Shown here: piece after piece, positions 14,483 through 28,959 of the stretch
Numbering within the stretch: position 1 is the stretch's first letter
Layout of the letters: each line of letters starts with the position of its first letter
Origin: Octopus sinensis
Taxonomy: Eukaryota
NCBI RefSeq assembly: GCF_006345805.1
Contig: NC_043003.1
Coordinates: 74,958,001-75,022,000, forward strand
Length of the DNA: 64,000 bases
Direction of reading: 5' to 3'
Program-made: the position numbers and the translations under genes
Notes under the pieces: model-generated
Databases searched by the model: none
What the model was told of the DNA's origin: nothing
What the model saw: the letters and a program-made list of their open reading frames with translations, nothing else

Positions 14483-14949
14483 ATACATATGTATAGGGGA
14501 AAGCACAACACATTTTGTGTGTGTATGTGTCTATTGTAAAATCATTAAATGCTACTACGTACAGAATAACTACACAAGGCAAATCAATGCTGAACAAGCC
14601 ACAAATTGAGGAAAAGGTATTATCCTTTGCAACCAGAGACATTAAGGATTTTATCTCATCGAAATATAACAATAACTGTTGTAAGAAATATATATGCAAG
14701 CTCTATTCACTCTTTGACAACAATGTTTCAACATAACTGTTCACAGTAATTACCACATGTACGCGCGCACACACAGACACGCATACACACTCATACAGAC
14801 ACAAATATTTCAAGAGAGGCATATATTTATATTTATATATATTGGTAGCAATGACTTATGTCCCTCTTAGTGTGAGGCATTTATGTGTAATAATGCCCTC
14901 TATACAATATAATATATATTGCCCTCAACATCAACCACACTGCACTCAA

Positions 14950-15379
14950 CATCAACCACAAAACCAGCAGTTAGAAAATGTGGAAGGCCCAACTGCGGAA
15001 TCTGTGTCATCTTGAAAGAAGGATCAGAATTTATACTGGAACAAGGCCACCAGTTCACCATTAGAACAAACTTCACCTGCGCATCAGAAAACTTAATTTA
15101 CGTCATAACATGCGCAGGCTGCAATAGGCAGTATATAGGCCATACAAAAAATAGCTTACGTAACAGGATGCGGTGCATAAATCACAAATTAGAAACCCTG
15201 ATTACCGCAAAATACCGGTCAGCGGACACATAGATAGATGTGCTGGAAATGTAAATCCGAAATTTACAACTAACTCGCTCTATAAATTCAGTGACAACGC
15301 AACCTTCACACAACGCCAAAATAAAGAACTATATTTCATAAAAAAATTTAGACCAAGTTTAAACACCCTGGGCCAGTAA
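14950..15379 (+). pseudogene. PLE (Neptune-like) GIY-YIG endonuclease, 5'-truncated, one frameshift
   Basis: KCGRPNCGIC...FTCASENLIYVITCAGCNRQYIGHT..LRNR, then HKSQIR...HIDRC...KELYFIKKFRPSLN in the next frame. Confidence 0.85.
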
Positions 15380-15548
15380 TACTAAAACAAAAGTCTTCCG
15401 AAAAGGAGAACCAAATTTCACCACGGCCGCTACTTCAAACAGACACTCACTCTGACGGAAATATGCCTTAGTAAAAAAGGGAAAAAAATTATTTCGTGCA
15501 AATCTGACCCTGATACATACGATACAGCTAAGGGTCAGACCCGATTCT

Positions 15549-15920
15549 GATTGGTCAACAAGTTGATGACGTCTAGCTCTGCTAGAATGGACAGGATACA
15601 AACAGGGGACAGTCATTAGTCAGAATATTGATGACGTCCTTTTCTGCTTGAATAGTCACCTAACAAGTACAGACAGGGGGCAGATCTAATGTAGCTATAA
15701 GTCGTGATTGGGCAGAATCTGGATGACGTCCCGCTATGCTTGACTAACGAAGCGACTGGTCAAGACAGGAAACAAACAAGAGGGAGTTATAATGTAGCGA
15801 TTGGTCAAAATAATGATGACGTCCCGTTCCACTTGATTAAAACCACCTAACGAAACGATTGGTCAAAACATTGATGATGTCAAGCTACGCTAGATTGACC
15901 ACCTAACAGGCATTATAAAA
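15549..15920 (+). promoter_or_regulatory. Five ATTGG-N12-TGACGTC modules (reverse CCAAT plus CRE-like) followed by TATAAAA
   Basis: ATTGG/ATTAG at 15550, 15615, 15707, 15800, 15858; TGACGTC/TGATGTC at 15567, 15632, 15724, 15817, 15875; 12-nt spacer in all five; TATAAAA at 15914-15920. Function inferred. Confidence 0.6.
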
Positions 15921-16258
15921 CCGAGCATTTCACAAAAAATCACTAGAACCACCCAGCGAACTTCCACCATGGGTCATCACAATTGCTTAAGGTAAAAATG
16001 AATTCCTCGCTCTTTCGGAAACATCAAACTTCTGTATTGACCGCTTTCCACCACTTTGATCTGTTTTTTGTATTGAATACGTATCGCCACCGTGGGCCAC
16101 TGCATCGAACACTTTGAACATATACTTCAAACTATATATCAACTATACATGAACTATATATCAACTATACATGAACTTTAAGATGTCTGACTCCGTTGTG
16201 TATTATAAATGAATTTCTTGTGTTTGACGGCATGAGCTGTCTCTTTTTATATATAACT

Positions 16259-16300
16259 TTTTTTGATAAGGTTCATTTCAGGAACTGAAACATGTTATAA
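16259..16300 (+). ncRNA. Decayed HHR motif in the PLE terminal repeat
   Basis: TTGATAA-GGTTC[atttcag]GAACT-GAAAC-AT-GTT; palindromic AACATGTT stem III; two core substitutions. Confidence 0.45.
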
Positions 16301-16713
16301 TGTATATATAAAAATTAAAAATTGTATAATACAGCAGCATTTTCGAAGTTCATTTTTTACAAATATATATATATATATATACTTATGCGCATGCATGTAC
16401 ATAGAATAACGTTATATAGAACAGGTACATAGATAGTAAGTGTATATATATATATATATGCACGTATTTATCTATATAACTGTCCTATTATATATAAATT
16501 AATATTTTTCTATGCACAATCACACACAAACGTGTATAAATATGCGTTTCTTTAACTTAGTTTTTGTGTCTGCATGTATGTGACAGGTTTGTTGCTACGG
16601 GTGTGGGAACGTACTTGCCTGAGAATGCGAATGTGTATGCATATATGTGTGTGTTTTGTGTGTGTTGTGCGTGTGTTGCGTCTGTATACGTAGTTAGATA
16701 TATTTATGAATAT

Positions 16714-16745
<32 letters not shown>

Positions 16746-18552
16746 ATATATATATATATACATATTCGAATAAATACATATGCACGAACACACACCCACA
16801 TACATGCATGTATATGTACTCGTACACACAAATACATCCTCATGTTAACATATCTATATGATTGTGCATGTGGTTATCTGTGTGTTTTCTTACTACATGC
16901 ATATGGACGCATACCTCTGCACATATATAATAAAGAGACGTTTAGTAACACATCTTACTGAAGCAAGTGTCAAATTAATTTCTCCTTGGCATATAAATGA
17001 ATTATATTAGTTTATTTCTTGATTTTGCCATAAACAATAAACTATAAATATAGGCATAGAAACACAAGCGGCGTTGAATGCTTCATATTATACGAGACTT
17101 GACAATTCGGTCTATTAGCAAGAAAAATTGAAAACCTAATGAAATTTATGAACAAATTTAGTAATAATGAAATGTAATGCAATTATATGTGATGAATACT
17201 AAGGGAAGTAAACAAATTAAATTTCTCTTTTCTCTTTCTTTATGAATTACATTTCTTTGAATCTTGAAATTTCTTGGTGACATTCGTGTCGCTTTTAGCA
17301 ATACGATATCTTTCACTGTTCTTATGTTGGAAATATTAGAATGAACCGCAGAGTAATAACGCTGCAAAAGAAGGAGGTTAAAGAGAGTGAATTAGTAGAA
17401 GTGTGGCGCTCAGTAAGTCTGCTCAACGCAGTAAATGTTAAATGCTTTAGTAAATTGAATAACAAATGGATGGAGTATTTTGTTATTTGAGGTCGCGCAA
17501 AGTCATATATATGTGCTATATCCCGTGAATGAATGTAGCTCAAACTAAAATATATGAGATATTCAACTGGGGTTACTTCTGAATTTTTTCCATAATCTGA
17601 ATAAATGCAACGTTCAGCAGTGCCTGACCTGAAATAACTTTGGCTCTACATCAGAAATCTTTCTAGTTACACGTTCTAAACTTCAAAAACGCTGCCATAT
17701 TTTACTCTTCTTTATGGTTAGGATTTTGATGAATTGCACAAGTTTAGGCTATTGGGGGGAATCCAACAAGCATTAGAGGAATTAGACAGCTGCTATGAAC
17801 GATTACACCGTTGGGGTATTTGACAGGACAGATAGTCAACGAAATTACAACCGAAGTGAAGATGCATTTGTAAAACCTGTGGGATGAATCATATTAAGTG
17901 GATTGCTTGGTGTTTCTAGAGCAAATTCTATGATGTTTATGACGTCTGTCTGCAGATTCACACACAGAGAACATATGAAAATATCTTGAATCTTGTTGTC
18001 GGTCACACTAAAATTCGCTAGGACTAGAGGAACGTCTTGTGAAAATTTTTAATAAATTACTTCTTTTGGTACTATGGTCTGATGTGATCGGAACGTATAA
18101 TATTTCGCTTCATATGGACGGAGAGTTCTGCTGGTTATGATGTGACCTTGCTTGCAGCTTTGTTTTCGTAGTGGCTCACTATACTGCAGCATATGATTGA
18201 TATGTATACACGTTCATATCGAATATATATAAAGTCCATTGATCGGTGATTCTGAATGGGCCGCTTTATAATTTATGAAATTAACCGTTTCTTCAACCGT
18301 TCCTTTTTACTGTTATGTGTATGACAGGATCAAGCGCAGACAATGGATAAATTCTGTAACACCCAGAATAAAAACGTAAACAACTAAATGACTTTCCCTC
18401 TATTCATTACTAAATGTCTTACTTTTACTTCATTGTTAAAAGTAAAGAAGCTAGAAAAGATCGCATTTCAGTTTAATTTTCATTGTAAATGACTGATGCT
18501 CTCCTCTCTCTGTTTCTTTTGCTTCACTCCCTTTCTCTACGTTTAAGCGAAT

Positions 18553-18760
18553 GAAGGTGCTTGGTTCAGTGGTTAGGGGTATTCAGCCCATGATCGTAAA
18601 AGCTTGAGTACGATTTCCTGCGGTGCGCTGTGCTCTTGAGCGAGGTTCTCTACTTCACCTTGCTGCAGTACATTCTGCTAATAAAAAACATTTGTAACTG
18701 TATGAGGCTGAATCTCCCTGAGAACTATCTTATGTAATACATGTCTGGGTTGTACTTACC
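18553..18760 (+). mobile_element. SINE family C-related (old copy)
   Basis: A-box TGGTTCAGTGG; head and body homologous to 46554-46890 (-). Confidence 0.7.
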
Positions 18761-19141
18761 ACCTGCGTATTAATTTTATGAGCAGAGTGTCCCGATGAGT
18801 AGAAAAACAGGAACCTCGTCGTTGTAACCGACGGAGTGCAATTTTTTAAAAAGAATGAAAGAAAAGAAAACGGTCCATATCTCAAGGCAGAATCTCCCTA
18901 CGTTAAAGGAATGCATAACTGTGGGGTACTCAGCCACTTGCGAGTTAATTTCATCGTCGTGTAGTAATGAAAAGTGAAAGTGACATCTAATATTTGTTGT
19001 AGTTATTTGTCTTTGATTTAACAATATCTGTGTATTATCAACTTTTCTTTTCATCTATGTATCTACTGTCTCTGTCAGTTCCTCACTTTCTCTGTCACTT
19101 CTTCTTCCCTCTTGTCTCCCACTTTTGATTTAACAACGTAT

Positions 19142-19180
<39 letters not shown>

Positions 19181-19429
19181 GTATCAACTTTTTTTCGTTC
19201 TATGTATCTACTTTACTTCTGATGTAATAAAATTTTAAAACATCAAAAGAACGCCATCACCAACCACTATCTCTGTCTCAATTTCTTTCTTTCACTCCCC
19301 CTCATTCTCTCTCATTCGTTCTCTCTTTCTATCACTCTCTCTCTCTTTCTTCTCTATCCTCCTATCTCCCACCTTTCCACACACCGCAGTTACGTACGTA
19401 CAATAACAGCAGTGCGTATTAATATCATT

Positions 19430-19850
19430 GACAATAATAATAATAGGCCGGATATCGTTGACAGAGATCATCAAGAAAAAAATGCTTTTAATCGAGGTAT
19501 CCATACCAACCGAAGAAATTATTTTCTGAATGAAACGGAGAAACTTTCAAAGTACAAAGCCCTGGAAATAGAGGTAACTCGAATATGGTGCCTAAAAATA
19601 GAAACAATTCCTCTCATATTAGGATAAAAAATATTCAGACAAATACATAAAAAATATATCAGGACTAAGAAGTATATATAACATACAGAAGTTAGCACTA
19701 TTAGGAACCACACATATCGTACATAAAACACTCTCAATACAGTAAAAATAGGAGCTTCGCAAAAAAGCGACACCATTTGCTCAAGGCACCCTCAGTTGCG
19801 CTCGGTAGTGCAGTCAAAGTTATTGATAAAAATACGATTACTGAATATAA
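19430..19850 (+). mobile_element. R4/Dong-type non-LTR retrotransposon 3' end (restriction-like endonuclease)
   Basis: NRPDIV..DHQEK...ETEKLSKYKALEIEVTRIWCLK..TIPLILG and terminal HIVHKTLSIQ*; 3' UTR runs into (TAA)n, the known Dong target. Confidence 0.8.
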
Positions 19851-19861
19851 TAATAATAATG

Positions 19862-19914
<53 letters not shown>

Positions 19915-20068
19915 TAATAATAATGAATAATTCACCTCTGGAAACACGGGTGGTTCTTTTAACATCCTTAAACAATCCTTATTCAGGGACCTTTTGAGCG
20001 GGATGGGCTACTCAACCTGAAGAAAATAATAAAAAAAAAAAATAATAATAATGATAATAATAATAATA

Positions 20069-20112
<44 letters not shown>
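19850..20112. repeat. (TAA)n arrays enclosing a ~100-bp fragment of the 2604-3415 repeat
   Basis: Directly visible; 19927-20027 is homologous to 2790-2905 in reverse orientation. Confidence 0.85.
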
Positions 20113-20114
<2 letters not shown>

Positions 20115-22571
20115 GCACCAGTAGCAGCTTCGTACCATGTTTTAAAGACGTACATATAACAGATGTGTGTGATGTGACTATACTCTTTTTTTTGAAATGT
20201 ACGTTTCGTAGAAAATACCCATTGGATTAGTGAAGGACGACTTATTATAGTTCTTCCTATGTTGTTGCATACTTGCTCTTTACATCCTCTGATGTCGGTT
20301 ATGTACTTAAACGCATGTTGATTTATCATTCCCGAAATCCTTATTCGTATATTATCTGGTCGTGATTTCTATTCCCAGGTCTTTATGACTAGATATTTTT
20401 TTCGGTTACATTGAGAGATTATCTAACGTCTATTCCAAGGAGATATGTATAAAATGCACATAATGGACGAAGACAGAAAGATCTAAAGATCTTACACTAT
20501 TGATTTTTACAAAGTTCTTATTCCGAACTAAATATAGAAGACAAATAGGGAATACATGCATCTGATAAAATAAATTTAGCCTAAATAGCACCTTAACTTC
20601 ACAGATTTGAATTAAAAGTTATTGTACGTATCTTCAATATGCACACTCATACAAAAGTGAATTTATATATCTTTGTATGTGTGTGTGTGTGTGTGTGTAG
20701 GCATACAAGCACACACGCACGCACACGCACACACACACACACACGCATACACACACACGCTGACACATACGAGCGCTTATCTTTGTAGACAACGATGTGT
20801 GTGTTTGCATCTATGAGAATATTGTATGTTTGTGTCAAACAAATAAAATATAGCACTAACATTACTATTGATAATATTAAAATAATATCTATACCAATAA
20901 TAATAACTGCAGCAAGGATAGACAAATCAATAGCAATAGCAACAGCAACGATGATGGTGATGATGATGATGATGATGATGATGATGAGGAGGAGGAGGAG
21001 GAAGAGGAGGATGATGATGATGATGATGATGATGGAATAATTTAGGTAGATATTAGTGAGGAACGAAGCTTAGATTTGAATAGGCTGACCTATTTCATAG
21101 CACTTAGAATTACTGATAGATAAAATGGTAGTTAAATGTTTCAAAAAGTTCTGTGTTTATTCAGGCGTGTCTATTTCACATTGCTCAGCGAATTTAGTAG
21201 TTGATATGTCTGTGTTTGATAACAATCAGTTTCCGCAATCCATTAGTAGGCGCAGAACAGAGTCAATAAACTTGAATATATATATAGGATTAAAGAGGTA
21301 AAAAAACACTCACATATTTACACGCAAATAAACGTTGGAATCTACGTATTAAATAATATTGCTTCTCGTGAATTCAGGTTCATTTCTCCTGCGTAGTTGT
21401 ACTGTCGACTGCATTTTACTTTTGATACCATATGAGTATTGACTAGTGTGAGGCATTTCTACACGGGTATACTTAGAAAGTTGTTGTATAGGCCTCGTAC
21501 CTTTTTGAAATATTCAGCATTATATCCCAGTTGCTCATACTGAGCAGTTACATATGTACATATAAGCAAGTTTGCATATTGTTTCAAATGTCCGGTTCTG
21601 TATCCCAAATGCTGTTACTAGCAATATTAAAATGAACATACCGTGCGTTATAGTTTTAATGAACGTAGCTAGCTCTCAATTCCTCATTTTCCGAAGTTTG
21701 CCGAATTATTCTTTATCATTTTAACTTTACTCGCAAACATTACGCTTCACGTCATTTCTTTGATGGAGCAGAATGACATTACCAATTCTTCAATTGTACT
21801 CGGATATAGATTAAAGACGTCAATAAAAGTACATGGTGGGCATTTTCCATTTTTATTTTATTTTATTTATTTATTTATTTTTTGTAGCATGAATCCATAT
21901 GAGAATTTTGATATATGAATGCAAGAAAGTTAGCAGCCTTATATATATAGATTTTATTGTGGATAGCAGAATTCGGTTAGCTTTTGCAATGATTTTACAA
22001 AGTATAATAAAAATGCTACTTCGGTTTCGTATTACATAACATGCCAGCCATTGCCAGAAGTTATCTTTTCCGGCATTTTGTTTTTTTCATTGCTTAAAGG
22101 CATTTTCAGTATTCGAGGAAAATATATATATAAAAAAAACATCTACTCTATCGATTATATTATATTATGCGTGTACATGCTGCGTGTGTGTGTATGCATT
22201 GGTGTCTATATTTGTATGAATGGAGAAACAAAATCTGTGTCACATTGACCTCTCTACACCAGATTGCATGTCTAAACATATCATTTATTAATCTTCCCTA
22301 AACATTTACGTATGCACTTATAAATAAATTTACAGTACATTTACTGTCACAAATGCCATTTCTATCTAATAAACTGTAATTGCTTTCAATTGTTGTTCCC
22401 ATACCTGTATACCTTTACAGGAAGTCAAATTCTGTGATGCTACTTCTCTAAATTTAAACTTCCAACAGTTTTTATAAGGACTCACATGAAGTATTCAGCT
22501 TTTAATACTAATTCTATTGATGTGATGATATCCTACCTACCGTAATTCCGATTTACAATCCTACAAAGTTT

Positions 22572-22711
22572 GTTTTGCTGTGTGGTAAAGACATTGCTTC
22601 CCAACCACTTGGTTCCGGATTTCGTTCTACTGCATGGCACCGTCGGCTGTAGCCTTTACTATAGCCTCTGTACGACCCGTGAATGGATTTGGTACACGGA
22701 AACTAAAACCA

Positions 22712-22763
<52 letters not shown>

Positions 22764-22772
22764 CGAGAGAGA

Positions 22773-22822
<50 letters not shown>

Positions 22823-23100
22823 AGCATACATATATATGTATATATATATATGTATGTGTGTGTGTGTGTGTGAGTGTATTTGTGTCTGTCCTTGTCCCCC
22901 ACCAACGCTTGACAACTGCTGTTGAAGTGTTTGTGTCCTAGTACCTCAGAGGTTCGGCAGAAGCATCGACGGCTTTAAAAGCAAACCAGGCTTTAAAAGC
23001 AAACAAGTAATCGCTTCGATTAGTTGGACTAAAATTCGTCAATGTGGTACTCCAGCATGCTCGGAGTCTAACGACAGAAACAAATAAAAGAGGTAAAAGA
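22572..23100 (+). mobile_element. SINE family B with expanded internal microsatellite
   Basis: Colinear with 12377-12780; (TA)n(GA)n(CA)n in the middle. Confidence 0.8.
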
Positions 23101-23420
23101 CATATATATATATTTATATTTTATATACTCCAGTTTTAACTTGTATTCTTTTCTCAAATGCCTGGTCCGTATTGCATTATCTTATACTTGTATCATTGTC
23201 TGTGCTGCTGTTAACGATGTTGTGCATAATAAATTACACTATATATCTATTATGTACGTAGAAACACATATAGTATATACGCAGATTATGAAGGATATAA
23301 TATAGTAAAATATATATATACATATAGATATGTACACATATCTATGTATATACAAACATACATATATATGTGTATGAATGTATGTATATATGTAAACGTA
23401 TGAGCCTATATATCTGTGGA

Positions 23421-23466
<46 letters not shown>

Positions 23467-23500
23467 TGTGTGTGCGTGTGTGTGTGTGTGGACATTTACA

Positions 23501-23695
23501 TATTGGGCAGCTATTTCGGAGATCGAGCTACGTCAATTAAATCGTACCCTCTACTCAACTACTACTTATTTTATCGTCCCAGATATCATGAAAAGCAAGA
23601 TAAACCTTGGCAGAATTCGAACTCAGATCGCAAAGACGGATGAAATACCGCTAAATATTTTGTCCGCATTGTCAACTATTCTGCCAGCTCGCTGC
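23501..23695 (-). mobile_element. SINE family A (old copy)
   Basis: Reverse complement begins GCAGCGAGCTGGCAGAA and carries B-box GAGTTCGAATTC. Confidence 0.8.
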
Positions 23696-24875
23696 GCTAT
23701 TGGCAATTACATATACGAGTAACAGAACGCTTCGTTCCAACGAAAGTTTGCCGTATGTAAATATATAGATAAGCTGTAAATTCTAATGACGTATCTAGTT
23801 AGATATTCTTTATTGATTATTTCAGTAATACATTATATTCAGTTTTGAAACTATTTCACCAGGAGATTAGTAACGGATATATCTTTTCATCACTTACTAT
23901 CGGATCCTTTTCCTTTGTATCTGCTGAAGTATTTGGAATAATATATCTTCTAATTATACCGTGTGAATTACATTACAATTTACTGTAAATACAAGAGAGG
24001 TGAGCGCATTTTCATTTCTAAAATATGTTCTTTCTTTCAAAAAGGTTTCTGTATTATGATTGTACATATTGTACACAATAGCAAGACATAATCATATAAA
24101 CCTAAGGAGCAAATATGGATTTCTAATAATTCAATAAATCTTGCCGCACAAATTCTTCAGAAAGATATGGCTTTAAGTGCAAAATGGAAGTTTACACGCA
24201 TTATAAATGCTGCACAGGACTGATAGTAAACGTTATGCTAAACATTAATTTTGCTACTAAGACACCCATAGCTGTATAGACTTACCAACAACTTTCCTGT
24301 TCAGTTGTAAACTACTTGATTCGAAACAAATGCATCACAAAACCAATGAGTCATGAGTATTATAGATGGAACGGATGAAACAGATTGCAAGATCATTTAG
24401 TACCCTCTGTTATTGAACATATCTCTACGTTTCCTATATGATACATTTACAATAAGCCGGTGTGTAAGGTTGTTAGTTGCAGACGAAAACATGACCGGGA
24501 TTTGAAACTTCACCAACTGATCCTTCATTTTCTTCCACAAACATAATATATAAGAAAGTGGTTTACACGTGCAGTTACTTAAACGGTTGTAGATATATTT
24601 TGTTGTAACGTGTATCAATGAAACATCACCCCTTAAGCCATTCTAATACAACCATGCACCAAAATAACAGATTCAGAACAAGGTGGCAGAAAAGAATATA
24701 TGATTTACGTAAACATTATATTTAAGTAGCGGTAGCCAGGATTCATGGATATTCAATAATCAACGGAAATAACATCGGCATGTTACTGCTGCTGTTACTC
24801 TTGCTGCTGCTCATGGTGGTCGAGGTGATGCTTGTTTTTCTACTGCTGCTGATGAGGAGGATAATTATGGTCATT

Positions 24876-24915
<40 letters not shown>

Positions 24916-25679
24916 ATCATGGCAATTATTATCAAGTACATGAACACCGTAGCTTCTATCAGCTACTGAAAGCGATACAGACAGCAGTGGCATCTTCGTA
25001 CACATGGTATCTTCATAAAATTACAAAGCACCGATTTAATAGATGTTGGAAGCATTGGTCAATGTCCTATTTTGTATACAAATATATGAAATGACCATGC
25101 ATGGAAAGTATTTTACGATAAGCTTGCATAATCTAAGCAACTCATGTGTTAAGCATTACCGTTCAGTTTTTCTTAACGATAATCATTGCTTTGGTATTGA
25201 TAATATTTTCATGGTTACCATCATTATGTTTGTTATCATAAACATCAACTGTATCAATATCTTTAGCAATGCCAGTAGAAGGCAGCATTTGTAAAATTAT
25301 AACCGGAGTCGTAACCTTGAGTATCATTATAATTGCTAGCACAATGAACATCACTCACAACATTGCTAGCACTCAGAACATCACTTACAAATTTTCAACT
25401 ACAGAAAATTTCACCATATTTCATCGTTTCAATGATCCTAGTATCCACAAGATACTGATCATTGTAACCACCCTGTTATCGTCATCTTCCCTATCAGTAG
25501 TAGCAAGAAGGTTAGTGCCTATACTACGAGTACTTTTGCCGTACCGCTAAGTTATGGTAACATAAACAGGCCACCAACGATTTTGAAGCAATAGTATGGG
25601 TACAAACACATACACACACAAATATACACATATATACGACATATAACCGCTCACAGGGCTTTGGTCGGCTTGAGGGTGT

Positions 25680-25720
<41 letters not shown>

Positions 25721-25778
25721 TTCATAATATATTATGTAATGATAGGAATGGGATTTGCCCACTCTATAGGAACAAGTC

Positions 25779-26389
25779 ATGGAACACTATAGAAAGGACA
25801 AAAAGAAAATAGGGAAGGCCAACTCTTGGTATGATAGCCATAAATACCAGAGTGTCATGTTCGTTGACACCACCCCTGGAGGTGAACTGGCGTACCGCTT
25901 TAGAAGGAACCTAGATAAACTTAAACTAAGAATTAAGGTTGTTGAAAAGCCAGGCAACCCTATCAGATCTATAATTGGTAGAACCTATCCTTTTAGTAGA
26001 ACTCTCTGTACGGATAACTATTGCACTGTATGTAGATTTAGCCCACAAACAACTGTAAAGCCAGAAATGTGGTCTATAGTATAAGATGTATAGAGGGACG
26101 ATGCAGTAACAAGACAGTAACATACGTAGGGGAAACAGCAAGAAGCATTGGAGAGCGGGTGAATGAACATTGGAGACAACTCAAGGAAGGTAAAAGCTCA
26201 TCGATTCTGTACCAACACACCGAACAAGAACACGGGGGATCAATCAATAACATAGAGATTAAGATATTGTCCACACATAGAACAGATGCAACAATTAGAC
26301 AAATTACAGAAGCTACACATATAATAGAAAATAAACCTAGCCTGAATAGAAAACTAGAATGGAGCAATAGCACACACCACAACATATGA
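25779..26389 (+). pseudogene. PLE linker plus GIY-YIG endonuclease (second lineage), one frameshift
   Basis: SVMFVDTTPGGELA..IKVVEKPG..C..C, then VYSIRC...TYVGETARSIGERVNEH...S.LYQH...RQITEA.HI..NKPSLN.K.EW. Confidence 0.85.
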
Positions 26390-26874
26390 CGATAGTGGAT
26401 CCTGCAAACATAATAAATACACAGATAATTAAAGAAATAGAAATGAATAACTATATATATGTATGTGTGTATATATGTATATATATGTATATGTGTATAT
26501 ATGTGTGTATATATATATATATATATGCATATATATATATATATTTTTTTTTTCTTTTTTTTTTTCGATTAGATTTATTATTATTATTACTAATATTGTT
26601 GTTATACATACATACAAGCATATGTAATGATAATAATGGGTGGATGTAAACACATGAACAAAATTAGAACAAAAGCAACAACAACAAAAACAAAATACAA
26701 ATTACAAGAATGTATATAACCAGAAGATACAAATATTACAGGCATCCCCCCACACACTAAATAAACATAGACGCACATAGAGATATAAGCATGCGCAAAT
26801 GAAGACATACAATAGAAATACAAAATGGCTGACGGTTAGTAAGGAGAGACACAAGTAAGTGAGAAGAAAACAAA

Positions 26875-26919
26875 GGACCACTGATGCGGTCACATGAGTG
26901 TGACGAAAGAACTTTGGCC
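26875..26919 (+). ncRNA. HHR-like motif ~490 nt downstream of the GIY-YIG ORF
   Basis: GGACCA-CTGATGC-G-GTCAC[atgagt]GTGAC-GAAAG-AA-CTT-TGGCC; perfect stem II, A9>C. Confidence 0.6.
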
Positions 26920-27032
26920 GAAATAAGATTAAGATTAATGTAAAAAATAAATATCACTGAAGCAAAATAACACCAAATATATAGTGCGTGTGTTTTATTG
27001 GCTAAACTGGCAATATGACCATTCCGAAATAT

Positions 27033-27086
<54 letters not shown>

Positions 27087-27271
27087 CATATACATATATA
27101 TACATATGTATATCCACATTTGTGAGTGGAGAATATAACTGTGAAGAGAAATGGTCAATATAACAATAATAAGAAGAAAAAATGTATAAGGGAGTTGGGG
27201 AGTTTATACTTGAAAAAATTAGGCAGTGTTATTTCACAGATGGTTTTCAACAGGGCCAGTTTGGCCGAATT

Positions 27272-27308
<37 letters not shown>

Positions 27309-28380
27309 TAGAGAAAGGTACTTGAATAGGATAGTGTGGAGAAAGAGACAGAAGGGTGGGTTGCGGGAGAGTATTTGTATTCGAAAGGAAGAAAAATATA
27401 TAATTAAAGAGATGATATAGTAGTAAAATTGAAACTCTAGAGAATAGGAAGAATTGAAGTCATGACTAAAATCTAAGAATTAGATGTAATAATTACGAGG
27501 CTTCAAAGAAATGTAATGGGATCCATTTATTAAAATACAAATTGGAGGTGCTGCCCTAACAAGTCAGCAGCGTAATGACTGCAGCTAATAAAAGATAAAA
27601 TATACAACTTAGAAAAATATACATACATACATCTATATCTCAATGGGGCATACATATATGTATGTATACCTGTACACCTATATATATATATATATATATA
27701 TATAACAAAGTGGAGTTGTAAGGTGCCGCACGAGTGGAATTATATATGAAAGAATGTTTGAAAATGCAATTTTAAAAGATGTTTATTTACTTGACCGGTT
27801 TCACTTTTTTAGAAAAAAGATTGTTAAAAGTAACATGTAAAATCATTGTTGCGTTAGGTACTGGTCGTCACAAAATATTGTTGTACGTATATACATTATT
27901 TGATAATAATAACAACATGTTAAAAACAGTTTACAAGGGAAAATCTTGGGAAAATATAAAAAAAGTTGACACGATCATTAAAATATTTGGTACAAAAGAT
28001 TACAATACATATATACATTCTTTTATAATAATAAGAGAATGTTAAACACAGTTTACAGAAAGAATTATTAAAAAGTTGTATCTGTATATATATATATATA
28101 TATAAAATTATAAGTTCAAAAAGGTTACATTTTGATAAATGTACAATGAGGGAGATATATTGAGTTTGAACTGACCTGATGCACCAATTTATCGTTTACG
28201 ATAATATGGTGATCAGCCGAAGTGAGCTAGACCGTTAAATCTGAGAACGAATGTACAGCAGACTAAAGGTTCTGAAACCTATTGACCAAACCACGCATAT
28301 ATATGTATTTATGTATATTTATGTATATATATTTATATATATATATAGATAGATAGATAGATAGTTAGATAGATAGATAG

Positions 28381-28413
<33 letters not shown>

Positions 28414-28431
28414 CATTACCATACATATTTA

Positions 28432-28464
<33 letters not shown>

Positions 28465-28512
28465 CACATATATACTCAATAGCTATATAAGCTGCAGGTG
28501 TGGCTATGGCAG

Positions 28513-28680
28513 GCACAAGTGTGGATGTGTCGTAAGTAGCTTTCGTACCAGCCACATGGTTCCAGTGTTAGTCCAGCCGCGTGGCACCTTGGTGGAGTAC
28601 CGTCTCCAATAGCCTCGAGCCAACAAAAGTCTTGTGGGTGAATTTGCTAAACGGAAACTGAAAGGAGACAGTCGTATATA
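28513..28680 (+). mobile_element. SINE family B, 5' half
   Basis: Head and CGTGGCACCTTGG body match the other copies; ends in (TA)n(TG)n. Confidence 0.75.
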
Positions 28681-28684
28681 TATA

Positions 28685-28776
<92 letters not shown>

Positions 28777-28959
28777 TTGTGGTGTGTGTGTGTGTGTGTG
28801 GTGTGTGTGTGTGTGTGTGTTTGTGTGTGTTCAGTCCCCTACTGTACTCCAACGCATGTTTAATAATGTTTATATCCGTCCTACTGCTCCAACGCGTAGC
28901 ACAATGTTGGCTATCCATAATAATTTCTCGACGGAAGATCTGTTCTTGACAAACGGCTC

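Noticed and set aside
15549-15881. Repeat-spacer-like array as a possible CRISPR
   Set aside because: Units are diverged, spacers are related to each other, the context is eukaryotic and there are no cas genes.
17723-17990. Short open frames faintly resembling receptor or RT peptides
   Set aside because: Stops in every frame, no consistent splice sites, similarity too vague.
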